Shown here: one piece after another, positions 17,895 to 27,300 of the stretch | Layout: every line of letters starts with the position of its first letter | Numbering within the stretch: the first letter of the stretch is position 1 | DNA from: Candidatus Latescibacterota bacterium | GTDB lineage: Bacteria > Latescibacterota > UBA2968 > GCA-2709665 | Length of the DNA: 64,000 nucleotides | Assembly: GCA_965219995.1 (NCBI GenBank) | Contig: CBDCOX010000002.1 | Coordinates: 2,784,001 to 2,848,000, forward strand | Direction of reading: 5' to 3' | Program-made: the position numbers and the translations under genes | The notes under the pieces: model-generated | Databases searched by the model: none | What the model saw: the letters and a program-made list of their open reading frames with translations, nothing else | Told to the model about the DNA's origin: nothing

Positions 17895-19442
17895 ATGCAT
17901 ATTTTCGACATGAATTGCATGCTGGGACCCACGCGTACCGACCGTGAACCGTGCTTCCGGACACCCGGCGCGCTGCTGGCCGAGATGGACAGGCTGGGCA
18001 TTTCGGAAGCGCTGGTCCACGCGAGCCACGCGGAAATGGGGCACCCCGCGGACGCGAACGCCCGGGTGGTGGAGGCCACGCGTTCCCACCCGCGGCTGCA
18101 TCCCTGCTGGGCCGTGCTGCCGCCGGGCACCGGAGAACTGCCCGAGCCGCAGGAACTCGTGGCGCAGATGCGTGCGCATGGGGTGCGGGCGGCCAGGATA
18201 TTTCCCGGAGTACACGTTTTTCCATTGTTGGAACGAATCCTGCGGCCGCTGCTCAAGGCCCTCTCCGAAGCGGGAATTCCATTGATTCTGGACCAGGGAC
18301 GCACGAGCTGGAGCCAGCTTACGGACTGGCGTGCGGTGTTCGAAATCGCAGAGGCGCATCCCAAGCTGCCGCTGGTGTTGATTCGCGAAGGGGGCGCGAC
18401 CGCGAGGGCGCTGTTCGGAGTTTGGGACGCGTTTCCCAACATCCACATCGAAGCGTCCTACATCCAGGAGTCGCGGATCGTGGAGGAAATTTCAGACCGG
18501 TTCGGCCACCATCGGCTGTTGTTCGGGACCGGGATGCCCGCCTGGGACCCGGGAGGACCGATGGGCCTCCTCGAGGGGGCCCGGATTTCACAGCCTCAGC
18601 GGGCCGATATCGCCGGAAACACCCTCCGGCGGCTGCTGGGCCTCCCGGAGCGGAGAGCCGGTACGGCGCCGGCCTGGCCCTGCGGCGCGGGCGGCTTCCG
18701 CGTGTTCGACGTTCACGGCCACCTGGGCAGATTTCATTCGAAGTACCACCGCGACTGGTCGGCCGATCAGATGGTGTCGCGCATGGATGAAGTGGGCGTG
18801 GAGCGGTTTGCGGTCAGCCACTTTCTGGCGATCGGCGCCGACTACCGCGAGGGAAACACGCGGATCGGCAGAGGCGTTGCGGCCTTTCCGGACAGGCTCG
18901 TGGGATACGCGGTCTACAATCCGAATTACGAATCCGAGATGGCCGATGAGATGGCGCGCGGGTTCGACCAGCTGGGTTGTTCGGGTATCAAACTGCACTG
19001 CACGCTTCACGACACCTCGACCGAGGACCCGCGCTACCGTCTCGCGTTTCAGACGGCGCACGATCGGAACTGTCCCATGCTGTGCCATGTCAACCGCGGA
19101 CCGTCTCCTGCCTTCCTGATGGATACGCTCGCGGCGTTCCCGAACGCGAAGTTCATTTACGCGCATATCGGCGGTGGCACTCGCGAGGAACTGAAGCCCT
19201 TTCTCGACGTCGCCCACGAGCGGCCGAATCTGTTTTTCGATCTGGGGTACTCGAAGATGGCTCGCGGCACCCTCGCCTGGCTCGTCGAACACGCGCCGCC
19301 CGCACAGATCCTGTACGGATCGGACCATCCCGTCAACGGGTTTACGTACCAGCTCGGGCGAGTGCTCTACGCCGACATTCCCGACGTGTTGAAGCGCATG
19401 ATCCTGTGGGACAACGCGGCCAGGATCTTCGGCGTGCAGTGA
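17895..19442 (+). CDS. Tandem two-domain amidohydrolase (Amidohydro_2-like)
   Basis: Domain 1 begins IFDMNCMLG and ends LLFGTGMP; domain 2 has DVHGH, GIKLH, YAHIGG and YGSDHP; GGAGG RBS before ATG 17895. Confidence 0.85.
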   Translation: MHIFDMNCMLGPTRTDREPCFRTPGALLAEMDRLGISEALVHASHAEMGHPADANARVVEATRSHPRLHPCWAVLPPGTGELPEPQELVAQMRAHGVRAARIFPGVHVFPLLERILRPLLKALSEAGIPLILDQGRTSWSQLTDWRAVFEIAEAHPKLPLVLIREGGATARALFGVWDAFPNIHIEASYIQESRIVEEISDRFGHHRLLFGTGMPAWDPGGPMGLLEGARISQPQRADIAGNTLRRLLGLPERRAGTAPAWPCGAGGFRVFDVHGHLGRFHSKYHRDWSADQMVSRMDEVGVERFAVSHFLAIGADYREGNTRIGRGVAAFPDRLVGYAVYNPNYESEMADEMARGFDQLGCSGIKLHCTLHDTSTEDPRYRLAFQTAHDRNCPMLCHVNRGPSPAFLMDTLAAFPNAKFIYAHIGGGTREELKPFLDVAHERPNLFFDLGYSKMARGTLAWLVEHAPPAQILYGSDHPVNGFTYQLGRVLYADIPDVLKRMILWDNAARIFGVQ

Positions 19443-19475
19443 TGGATTATTGAGAAAACATGGAGGTCGACAATC

Positions 19476-21188
19476 ATGAGAATCGGTATTCTGACACACA
19501 CTCCCGATCTTTCGGACTATGTCGCCGAGATCTTCGCGACCTGGGGGCTTGCCGCGTTCGACCGGATCGGCGAGGACCGGGTGGAGACCCTGGATCCGGA
19601 GACGAGCCCCGTACTGGTCTGCCCCGCAGGCGAAAGGGATGAACGTACGCAGGCGTCGCTGATCGGCTACGCGCGGCGCGGCGGCACCGTCGTGACGTTT
19701 TTGCCCGGAGACATACTCGCAGACGCCGCGGGGCTGGTTCGCGAAAGCGCCAGATCGGCGCCGCTGCGGCTGCGCCTCGTGCGATATCCGGCGGCCGGGG
19801 TTTCAGGAGAGGACTTCCCGGTTGTGGGAGACGCCGCGCATTACGCGGTACGTTCCGAAGCCGCGTCGGGTGTCGCTTATCTGTACAATCCCGACGCTTT
19901 CGAGGGGGAATCGGCGGGTGTCGTCGAAACCCCTGTTGGCGAGGGGCGCATCCTGGCCTTTGCCTTTGACCTGCCAGCGTGCGTATTCATCCTGCGGCAG
20001 GGCGATCCGGATCAGGTCGAGAGGGCCGTGGGCGGCAACGTGCGGGCCGACGCCATAGGCATCGACCTGGGTCCGGCCGACAGCGGCCTGATGCCGTTTG
20101 CCGATCTGCTGGCGCGGTGGCTGGTGGAACTGGTCTGCCGGTTCGTTCCCACGCCCGTCCCCCTGCTCTGGCACCTGCCTGGCGAGGCCGCCGCCCTTGT
20201 GCTTTATTCAGGAGACGAGGACGGGGCGGAGATTTCCGCGACGGAGCAGGAATTCCGGGATGTATCGGCGGCCGGCGCGCGCATGAGTCTCTACATCATT
20301 CCGATCGGGACGGATTCGACCGCCGAGGACGTCCAGCGGTACCGTCAGAATCACGACGTGGGTCCGCATCCGAATCTCCGGGCAATGGACGGCCGGTCGA
20401 TCGAGGACCGCGTCGCGGAATTCGAACGGCAGATCCGGCTGTTCGAAGAGATGTACGGTTTCAAGCCGACGAGCGTCCGCAACCACTGTCTTTCCTGGGC
20501 GGGATACCTCGAACTGGTGGAAGCGGAGGCGCGGCTGGGCATCCGGATGGACGCGAACTACCTGTGTTCGGCCTATATGCGGGACCGGTGCAGCGGACCG
20601 TACCACCTGAGAGGGGCGGCCATGCCCATGCGGTTCTGCCACCCGGACGGCCGCCTGGTTGACGTCATCCAGCAGCACACCCACCTTTCGGATGACGTCT
20701 GGTTCCAGGAAAGCGCCCCCAAATCCTTCCACTATTCCCCGGAGATGTACGGCGTACTCGCGGACCGCATCCTCAGCGACAGCGCCACCCGCTTCCACGT
20801 GCCGTACGGCGTGATCCTGCATCCCGGGAACTGGGTGCGATATTCCAGACCGCATGGCCTGGTCCTGCTGGAAAAGGCCGCGGAACGAGACGTTCCCGTG
20901 TGGTCTTACGACCAGTGGTGCGATTTCTGGCTCCTTCGGGACCGGTGGCGTATGGAGAGCATCTCCTGGCAGGACCATACGCTGAAATTCGCGGTCACGG
21001 GGCCGCCGGACGACGGGAATCTGCGCTGGTTGATTCCCTGCGCGTACAACGGCAGAATGCTTGAAGAAGTGTCGGTAAACGGTGTACCGGTACCAGTTAA
21101 CGCCGTCATCCGGTACGGGCAGCGCGTCATTCTGGCGTCGCCCGGCGCGGGCACGGAACATTGCGAGATAGAAGCGGCATACCACTGA
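19476..21188 (+). CDS. Polysaccharide deacetylase-like (NodB-type fold) protein with an N-terminal GAT-like domain
   Basis: SGDED, HDVGPHP, SVRNH and ILHP motifs. Confidence 0.65.
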   Translation: MRIGILTHTPDLSDYVAEIFATWGLAAFDRIGEDRVETLDPETSPVLVCPAGERDERTQASLIGYARRGGTVVTFLPGDILADAAGLVRESARSAPLRLRLVRYPAAGVSGEDFPVVGDAAHYAVRSEAASGVAYLYNPDAFEGESAGVVETPVGEGRILAFAFDLPACVFILRQGDPDQVERAVGGNVRADAIGIDLGPADSGLMPFADLLARWLVELVCRFVPTPVPLLWHLPGEAAALVLYSGDEDGAEISATEQEFRDVSAAGARMSLYIIPIGTDSTAEDVQRYRQNHDVGPHPNLRAMDGRSIEDRVAEFERQIRLFEEMYGFKPTSVRNHCLSWAGYLELVEAEARLGIRMDANYLCSAYMRDRCSGPYHLRGAAMPMRFCHPDGRLVDVIQQHTHLSDDVWFQESAPKSFHYSPEMYGVLADRILSDSATRFHVPYGVILHPGNWVRYSRPHGLVLLEKAAERDVPVWSYDQWCDFWLLRDRWRMESISWQDHTLKFAVTGPPDDGNLRWLIPCAYNGRMLEEVSVNGVPVPVNAVIRYGQRVILASPGAGTEHCEIEAAYH

Positions 21189-21268
21189 CAAGCAGCGACG
21201 CGGACTCAGGCCCACCGCGAGGAGGGTTTGCGACGAAGCAGAATACCGCCGTGTGAAGGAGGTGCAGG

Positions 21269-21910
21269 ATGCAGAAGCTGGTCTTCCTGGGCATTGGATC
21301 CAACAACTCGGACATTCTGGACGCCGTACTGGAAATCAATGCCGTGAAGCCGACCTATGACGTGCTGGGATACGTGACGCGGGACGGCAATCCCCTGAAG
21401 AAGGGCGGTCTGAAACACATGGGCGATTTCGACATGGTCCGTACCCTGCCGGAGGACGTGCAGATCACCGGGTTTACGTTCGGCCCGGGGAGTTACCATC
21501 ACTGGCCGGGTACGGTGGCGGGGCTGGGCCTGTCGCGGGACCGGTTCGCCACCATTGTCCATCCCCACGCGTTCGTTTCGCCGCAGAGTACGGTCGGAAT
21601 GGGGTCGGTTGTCCTGGCGGGGACGACGGTGGGCGCGTTCGTAGCCATCGGCGACCACGTGATTATCCTGCAGAACGTGGGACTGTCGCACGATGACGTG
21701 ATCGAGGATTATTCCTGCCTGGCGGTGGGGGTGAGCTTTTCGGGAAGCGTACGGGTGGGTCGGAACTGTTTCCTGGGAACGAACTCGACGATCATCGGCG
21801 CAACGATCGGCGAGGGAAGCATGGTGGGCGCCGGCGCGCTGATCCGCCACGACGTGCCGGCGGGTGAGGTCTGGGTGGGCAATCCGGGAAGGTTCTTGAG
21901 AAAGGTGTGA
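21269..21910 (+). CDS. NeuD/PglD family sugar O-/N-acetyltransferase (hexapeptide repeat)
   Basis: TIVHPHA, SHDDVI and GAGALIRHDVP...VGNP motifs. Confidence 0.9.
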   Translation: MQKLVFLGIGSNNSDILDAVLEINAVKPTYDVLGYVTRDGNPLKKGGLKHMGDFDMVRTLPEDVQITGFTFGPGSYHHWPGTVAGLGLSRDRFATIVHPHAFVSPQSTVGMGSVVLAGTTVGAFVAIGDHVIILQNVGLSHDDVIEDYSCLAVGVSFSGSVRVGRNCFLGTNSTIIGATIGEGSMVGAGALIRHDVPAGEVWVGNPGRFLRKV

Positions 21911-21917
21911 CGGCACC

Positions 21918-22583
21918 TCACCATCGCCAGACGCGGTTAACGGGTTTCTCGCCGATCACAATATTGAAATTCGCGATTAATTCTCCAATTTCCGATCCGG
22001 GCAGCGGCTTGAACGGAACTGCCAGCAGATCGTGCGAAGCACGGCCGGACCTCCGGAATATGGAGTCCCTCTGGTTGTCAGGGTTGCCCTTTACGTACAT
22101 CTGCGTCGTCAGAACACGGCGGCCGCTCCGGTTAATCGCAAAATGGATGTGCGCAGCCCGTGCCCCCGAATACCTGACAGGCTTGATCGTCCGAAAGCGG
22201 TATTCCCCCGTGGACCCGGTTTCGAATCGGCCGAAACCCTGAAAGTTCCGGTCCCGCCTGTTTCTCCCCCGGGCTTCGGTATGCAAATAGACGCCGTTAC
22301 TGTCCACCTGCCAGATCTCTACAACGGCATTCTTAACGGGCTTCCCGCCTATATCGACGACGCGCCCGGTCAGATGCGTGATTTCTCCCACGGCCGGCGT
22401 TATCGCGTCGTTAATGATCAGAAGATCGTTATCGACGTCCAGCGGCAGCCGGTCCGGATAGAAGGGACCCTCGGTCTGCCACGGAGTTCGCGCGAGTTGC
22501 TCGGCAAACGCCCCCGGCGTTACAAAAACCACGGCGCCCAACGCGCCCGCCTGGCACAGAAAACGCCTGCGATCAATCGCCAT
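21918..22583 (-). CDS. Intradiol ring-cleavage dioxygenase (protocatechuate 3,4-dioxygenase-like) with Tat signal
   Basis: DRRRFL Tat motif; EGPFYP, VEIWQ.D.NGVY, FRTIKP..Y and RAAHIH iron-ligand motifs. Confidence 0.9.
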   Translation of the reverse strand: MAIDRRRFLCQAGALGAVVFVTPGAFAEQLARTPWQTEGPFYPDRLPLDVDNDLLIINDAITPAVGEITHLTGRVVDIGGKPVKNAVVEIWQVDSNGVYLHTEARGRNRRDRNFQGFGRFETGSTGEYRFRTIKPVRYSGARAAHIHFAINRSGRRVLTTQMYVKGNPDNQRDSIFRRSGRASHDLLAVPFKPLPGSEIGELIANFNIVIGEKPVNRVWRW

Positions 22584-22640
22584 CACGGCCTCCCTACGAG
22601 ATAATCTTCCTTTCGGTTGCCGCCCCCAGGACCCCACGTT

Positions 22641-23891
22641 TTAGTGATTGTAAATCAGGTTCAGTTCGACGAAACTGTCTCTCCGGCTCGCGAAGGACAG
22701 ATCCGCCGCGTCAACGTCCAGAAGGGCAATCGCCTCGAGGTGCAGAGAGAACCGGTCGGAAAGCCGCCGGTTGAATTCGAACGTTAACACCCGCGTGGTC
22801 GTGTCGATATCGTTCATCATGCTGCCGAGCACTTCGGTGCTCTGGATGTCGTTGAATGCAAGGCGGGCGGCAATGAAGACGTCGTTCTGAAAGATATTCG
22901 TCGCATTCCGGCCGCGTCCGTCGTAATTCCATTCCCCGATCAGGCTCAGATCCACCGCCGATCCGATTACGGAATAGAACGTATATTCGCCGCCCATCGT
23001 AGCCGCAACGTACTCCATCTCCACGCCGCGGCGGTCCCGCGCGCCGGCGCGGCCGAGCGCCTCGATCTTGAACAGCCAGGATCCGGCCGTCAATTGGGCG
23101 TCCAGTCCGACCTGCCGGATCCGCTCGTATTGGGGCAACAGGACCGGCAGCCCCTTTCGGTCGACACCCGGCATCAACAGAGGATCCCGGCTGTTGCCGT
23201 CGAATGCGCTGATTCCAACGTCCATATTTCCGGCACTGCGGCTGTAGCGCGCGGCAACGTCCGGATGCCACCGCCCGGCGTCGCTTTCGTACGACACCCG
23301 CTCATTGTCTATAAGGTACGGGAACCGCAAGCGGCCGGAGCGCCCCGGAAAGGTGCGGGCGCGGTGGAAGGTCATTCCGAACAGTTCCACCGCCCCCCAG
23401 TCGCCTGACAACGTGAGATGGGCCATGGGCTGGCCCAGCGTGGGCTCTTTGTACGGGTGTTCCACAAGGTCGATCTGGTTGACGATATTCACCAGGCGGC
23501 GCGATTCGGTCACGCCCCAGAACACCCTGTCGACGCCCAGACGCAGTTCCCATTCCTGGTTGCGGACCTCGCCGAAGAGCAGGAGATAAGCCTCCCGCAG
23601 ATCGGCATGGGTGCGCTGTCCATCCCCGGCATCGAGACGAAAGAACGGCGCCAGAGTGAGACTTCTGCCCCGGACGTCTTCAACGAAGATCCTTGGTTCA
23701 GCAACAAAGCCACTGCCGTGTGCGCGCTGACCGGAATAGGCGCCCGACTCTGGAAACCATCGGCTCTCGACACTCAGCCGCCCGGACCACTCAAGCGTTT
23801 CGATCTGGGCAATGGCGTTGCCGGTAAACAATGGCGCGAGGATCAAGGCGACGATAGCCGGCACGCAGCGGAGTACGATTCGGTTTGGCAT
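22641..23891 (-). CDS. Outer-membrane beta-barrel-like protein associated with MMPL/LolA-like genes
   Basis: Signal peptide; DLREAY and VFWGVTE..LV.IVNQ.D motifs; aromatic C-terminal strand; start overlaps the upstream stop. Confidence 0.75.
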   Translation of the reverse strand: MPNRIVLRCVPAIVALILAPLFTGNAIAQIETLEWSGRLSVESRWFPESGAYSGQRAHGSGFVAEPRIFVEDVRGRSLTLAPFFRLDAGDGQRTHADLREAYLLLFGEVRNQEWELRLGVDRVFWGVTESRRLVNIVNQIDLVEHPYKEPTLGQPMAHLTLSGDWGAVELFGMTFHRARTFPGRSGRLRFPYLIDNERVSYESDAGRWHPDVAARYSRSAGNMDVGISAFDGNSRDPLLMPGVDRKGLPVLLPQYERIRQVGLDAQLTAGSWLFKIEALGRAGARDRRGVEMEYVAATMGGEYTFYSVIGSAVDLSLIGEWNYDGRGRNATNIFQNDVFIAARLAFNDIQSTEVLGSMMNDIDTTTRVLTFEFNRRLSDRFSLHLEAIALLDVDAADLSFASRRDSFVELNLIYNH

Positions 23892-24718
23892 CAGCGTACC
23901 CGCTTCAGCCCGGTTTTTCTGAAATCCCTGTCCTGGAGATCGGTACCGAACTGATAGTCCGTCCAGGTCAGCACGGTGCTCTTTCCGGTCAGATGATTGA
24001 CCATGGTCATCACGCCGGCGCGCCAGTAACGATCCAGGTGCTGCTGGTAGTCCTCCAGTGTGAGCGTCTTCAGATGGGCGTTCCTGCGGTCGTAGTACTC
24101 GACCTTCCAGACGCGAAGCTCGTCTTTGTCGCGCCACACCACCTGTCGGCTGTAGCCCGACTTCCTGTCGGTCGACATACGTTCCGTAACCGTACAGGAC
24201 AGATCGCCGCAGGGCTCGTCGCGGAGATAGCGGTAGGTGAATTTCTCCACGGCCTGGGCGGTCATATCTTCATAGGCGAACTCGCTGCCCATAAAGGAAC
24301 CGGAGCGGTTCGAGGAACTGATGCGCTTGACGCGTTTCAGAGCCGGCAGGTAAAGCCACTGATCGTCCGCGCTCTCCCGGTGCCCGTGAACAAGCAAAGC
24401 CGTTCCCCTGACGTCGCGCGGCTCGTCGAACACAAACAGGCTCTTGTCGCCGTCTTCCTGTACCTCCAGCACCCTTACGCGGAGTTGCCTCCGGCTTTCC
24501 TGTCCGTGCCTGTTGCGGAGCACCATGACCTGCCGCGCCGTGAAGTTGCCGAAGCCTTCCTCCAGGGCGCTGGCCTTCCTGGCAATGTCCAAACCGATAT
24601 CCTCGGGCGTCGCACTCTCGGAATGAGCCGGCGCTGCCAGGCAGACACATGTGACGACACGTAGCGCGTGCGCAAGGAACGGGAACATGCAGCCTGCGGG
24701 AAGACGTGGGAAAATCAT
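23891..24718 (-). CDS. Outer membrane lipoprotein-sorting protein (LolA-like)
   Basis: DDQWLYLPALKRVKRIS and FMGSEFAYED motifs. Confidence 0.9.
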   Translation of the reverse strand: MIFPRLPAGCMFPFLAHALRVVTCVCLAAPAHSESATPEDIGLDIARKASALEEGFGNFTARQVMVLRNRHGQESRRQLRVRVLEVQEDGDKSLFVFDEPRDVRGTALLVHGHRESADDQWLYLPALKRVKRISSSNRSGSFMGSEFAYEDMTAQAVEKFTYRYLRDEPCGDLSCTVTERMSTDRKSGYSRQVVWRDKDELRVWKVEYYDRRNAHLKTLTLEDYQQHLDRYWRAGVMTMVNHLTGKSTVLTWTDYQFGTDLQDRDFRKTGLKRVR

Positions 24719-24848
24719 GAATGTCTCCGATCAATGGGATGTAACGAGAAAATCCCGCCCGTTAGAATCTCAATCCGCCAGCAACTACAGGCTGTTGGGA
24801 ATTTTGCCTTTTCCCGGCACTGTACTAACAGAGAGAAAATTCCGGGAA

Positions 24849-27140
24849 CTATGTTTTCCTTCTGTCAATCGCCATCAACAATGGGGGAAGAAGCAGAAAA
24901 TCGGCAACCAGCGCGAAGATGATCGTGATCGTGACCAGAAGGCCGAGCGCCCAACTCACCTGGAACCCCGACGTTGCGAATACCAGAAAGCCCGCCGACA
25001 GAACCGTAGTGGTTGTCCATAAAGCATGGCCCACGGTGCGGAACGAGTACCGAACGGCTTCAGGCGCGGCGTGACCCTCGCGTCGGGCCTTAAGGTACTT
25101 GCTCAGAAAGTGGATCGTATCGTCCACGACAATCCCGAAAACCACGGCGATGACGACCGATGACGCGATGCCCACGTTGCCCACGAGATATCCCCACAGC
25201 CCGAAACTCATGATCGCCGGGATGAAATTAGGCAGAAGACTCAGGAGCCCGATCCGTACGCTCTTGAAGATCCAGATCAGAATAAACGAAATAAGCGCCA
25301 TGGCCAGAATTGTCCCTCGAAGCATGCTCTTGATGTTCCGCAGCGACAGGTGCGCAAACACAATGCTCAGCCCCGATGCCTCCTGGGTGAAACCGGGCGC
25401 GTTCGTGCGAAGCCAGACCTGTGCGCGTTCATCGAGTTCGCGCAGGTCCCGAGACCATGCGTTTCTGGTGGTGACGACCATGCGCGTCGCGGATTTGGCG
25501 ACGTCGATGCGATCGTTGAGATCGCTTCCGAAGGGCAGCGACAGTTCGTATAGCAACAGGTACTGCGCGGCGAGCTCAGGGTCTTCTGGCAGACGATGAA
25601 AAGCCGGGTCGTCGCCGTGCATGTTCATGTTCAGCCGTTTCATGATGTCCGAAAACACCTGGACGTGAGTCACCTCGGGTTGCTGCCTGTACCACCCGGC
25701 GAAAGCATCGATCCGGCGCAGATATTCCGGGTCGGTGATGCCGCCGTCCCGTCCTGCGTTCAATGAATACTCCAGTTTGTCCAAACCGGTCAGATTCTCG
25801 ATGATAAAGTCCGTATCGCGGCGGAACTCGTAACGGTCATCGAAATATTGAGCCATGTTGTCGCTCAATTCAATGCGGGAAACGCCCAGGACGAGCACGG
25901 CGACAACCAGTACGAGGGCGACCAGCAGGAATCTGCTCCTGGCGATCACGAAGTCGGCGAAACGGTCGAGAAAATGGGTATCGCGAGGACCTCGGGCGGA
26001 CACACGCAACGGCAGGATGGATAACAGGGCGGGCAGCAGGGTGACTGAAAACACGAAAGCACACAAGACACCGAACGCAACGTAGTTACCCAATGTATGG
26101 AAAGGCGGTGAATCCGACGCATTCAGGCTGAGGAACCCCACCGCGGTTGTGACGGAGGTAATGAATACCGGATGGACGTTGATCCGGAATGACTCGACGA
26201 TTGCCGCATTTCTCTCCAGGCCGCGCCTCATGCCAAGCAAAACACTCGTGACGATATGTATGGCGTCCGCCATGGCGATCACCATGACGATAATGGGTAT
26301 TCCCGCGTTCGTGGGGCTGAACACAACGCGGCTCCAGCCGGCGAACCCCACGGTGGTATTGACGACGAACACGATCACGGCAACGATGGCCAACGTGCCG
26401 GAGACCGAGCGCAGAAGGACAATCGTTGCGCCTATAATTATCACAAACACGATCGGCGTGAGGGTCCGCATGTCATCCTGCGTGGCGTCGGAAAAGGTCC
26501 TGTTCATGACGACGTCGCCCGTGACGTGGTAGGCGAACTGCGGATGCCGGACCCGGGCCTGGTTCAGAAGCGAAGCCAGATAGTCGGTAATTTCAACGAC
26601 GGCCCGATCCGGATTCTCCGGAAGGACGAAGTTTATGACGACACCAGCCGTACGACCGTCATGGGAAACCAGGCGGCCGGCGATTTCGACGGCGTTCAGC
26701 GCGGTCTTTTCGATTCGCGCCAGATCGGCGTCACTCAGCCCCTGCGCATCCTCCACAAGAGGCGCTACGACAAGTTCATCCTCGAACGCCTCGCTGTGGG
26801 TATAGTTGGTGAGGGAGTTGACGCGGCTGGAGTACGGGGCGCGCCACGCGGAATCGGTCATATCCACAACCGCGCCGAGACCTTCGCGCGTGAACACGGA
26901 GCCCTCTTCGGGGGTAATGGCAATCAATGCCGCGTTGGACGTGGAGTACGTGTTCTCTAACTCATCGAAAGCGAGGAGCTGCGGATTGTCTTCGCTGAAG
27001 AGTACGCGGTAGTCGTTTGTCACCGTGATGAAACGAGCACCGGCCGTCATGGCGGCCATGAGCAGCGTCGCCAGCACGAGCACAATCCACCGGTAGCGCA
27101 GAATGGCATCTACGTATCGGTCCATGAGCACAATAGTCAT
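24849..27140 (-). CDS. MMPL/RND family transporter
   Basis: About 763 aa with two repeats of TM bundle + periplasmic domain; GIVVDDTIHF and TSVTTAVGF motifs. Confidence 0.92.
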   Translation of the reverse strand: MTIVLMDRYVDAILRYRWIVLVLATLLMAAMTAGARFITVTNDYRVLFSEDNPQLLAFDELENTYSTSNAALIAITPEEGSVFTREGLGAVVDMTDSAWRAPYSSRVNSLTNYTHSEAFEDELVVAPLVEDAQGLSDADLARIEKTALNAVEIAGRLVSHDGRTAGVVINFVLPENPDRAVVEITDYLASLLNQARVRHPQFAYHVTGDVVMNRTFSDATQDDMRTLTPIVFVIIIGATIVLLRSVSGTLAIVAVIVFVVNTTVGFAGWSRVVFSPTNAGIPIIVMVIAMADAIHIVTSVLLGMRRGLERNAAIVESFRINVHPVFITSVTTAVGFLSLNASDSPPFHTLGNYVAFGVLCAFVFSVTLLPALLSILPLRVSARGPRDTHFLDRFADFVIARSRFLLVALVLVVAVLVLGVSRIELSDNMAQYFDDRYEFRRDTDFIIENLTGLDKLEYSLNAGRDGGITDPEYLRRIDAFAGWYRQQPEVTHVQVFSDIMKRLNMNMHGDDPAFHRLPEDPELAAQYLLLYELSLPFGSDLNDRIDVAKSATRMVVTTRNAWSRDLRELDERAQVWLRTNAPGFTQEASGLSIVFAHLSLRNIKSMLRGTILAMALISFILIWIFKSVRIGLLSLLPNFIPAIMSFGLWGYLVGNVGIASSVVIAVVFGIVVDDTIHFLSKYLKARREGHAAPEAVRYSFRTVGHALWTTTTVLSAGFLVFATSGFQVSWALGLLVTITIIFALVADFLLLPPLLMAIDRRKT

Positions 27141-27300
27141 CGCCGCTCCCATTCCTGTCCGGAAGCGGCGATGACCTGACCGTCATTTGCGGACGACAGC
27201 GTCAACTCCGGTAGATTCAGAGGCATTCGTTCCATTCTGGTTGAATTCTACTGCTACCCATTCGCCGTCGAAGGGCTGTTTTCCCAGGCGCAGGCATCGC

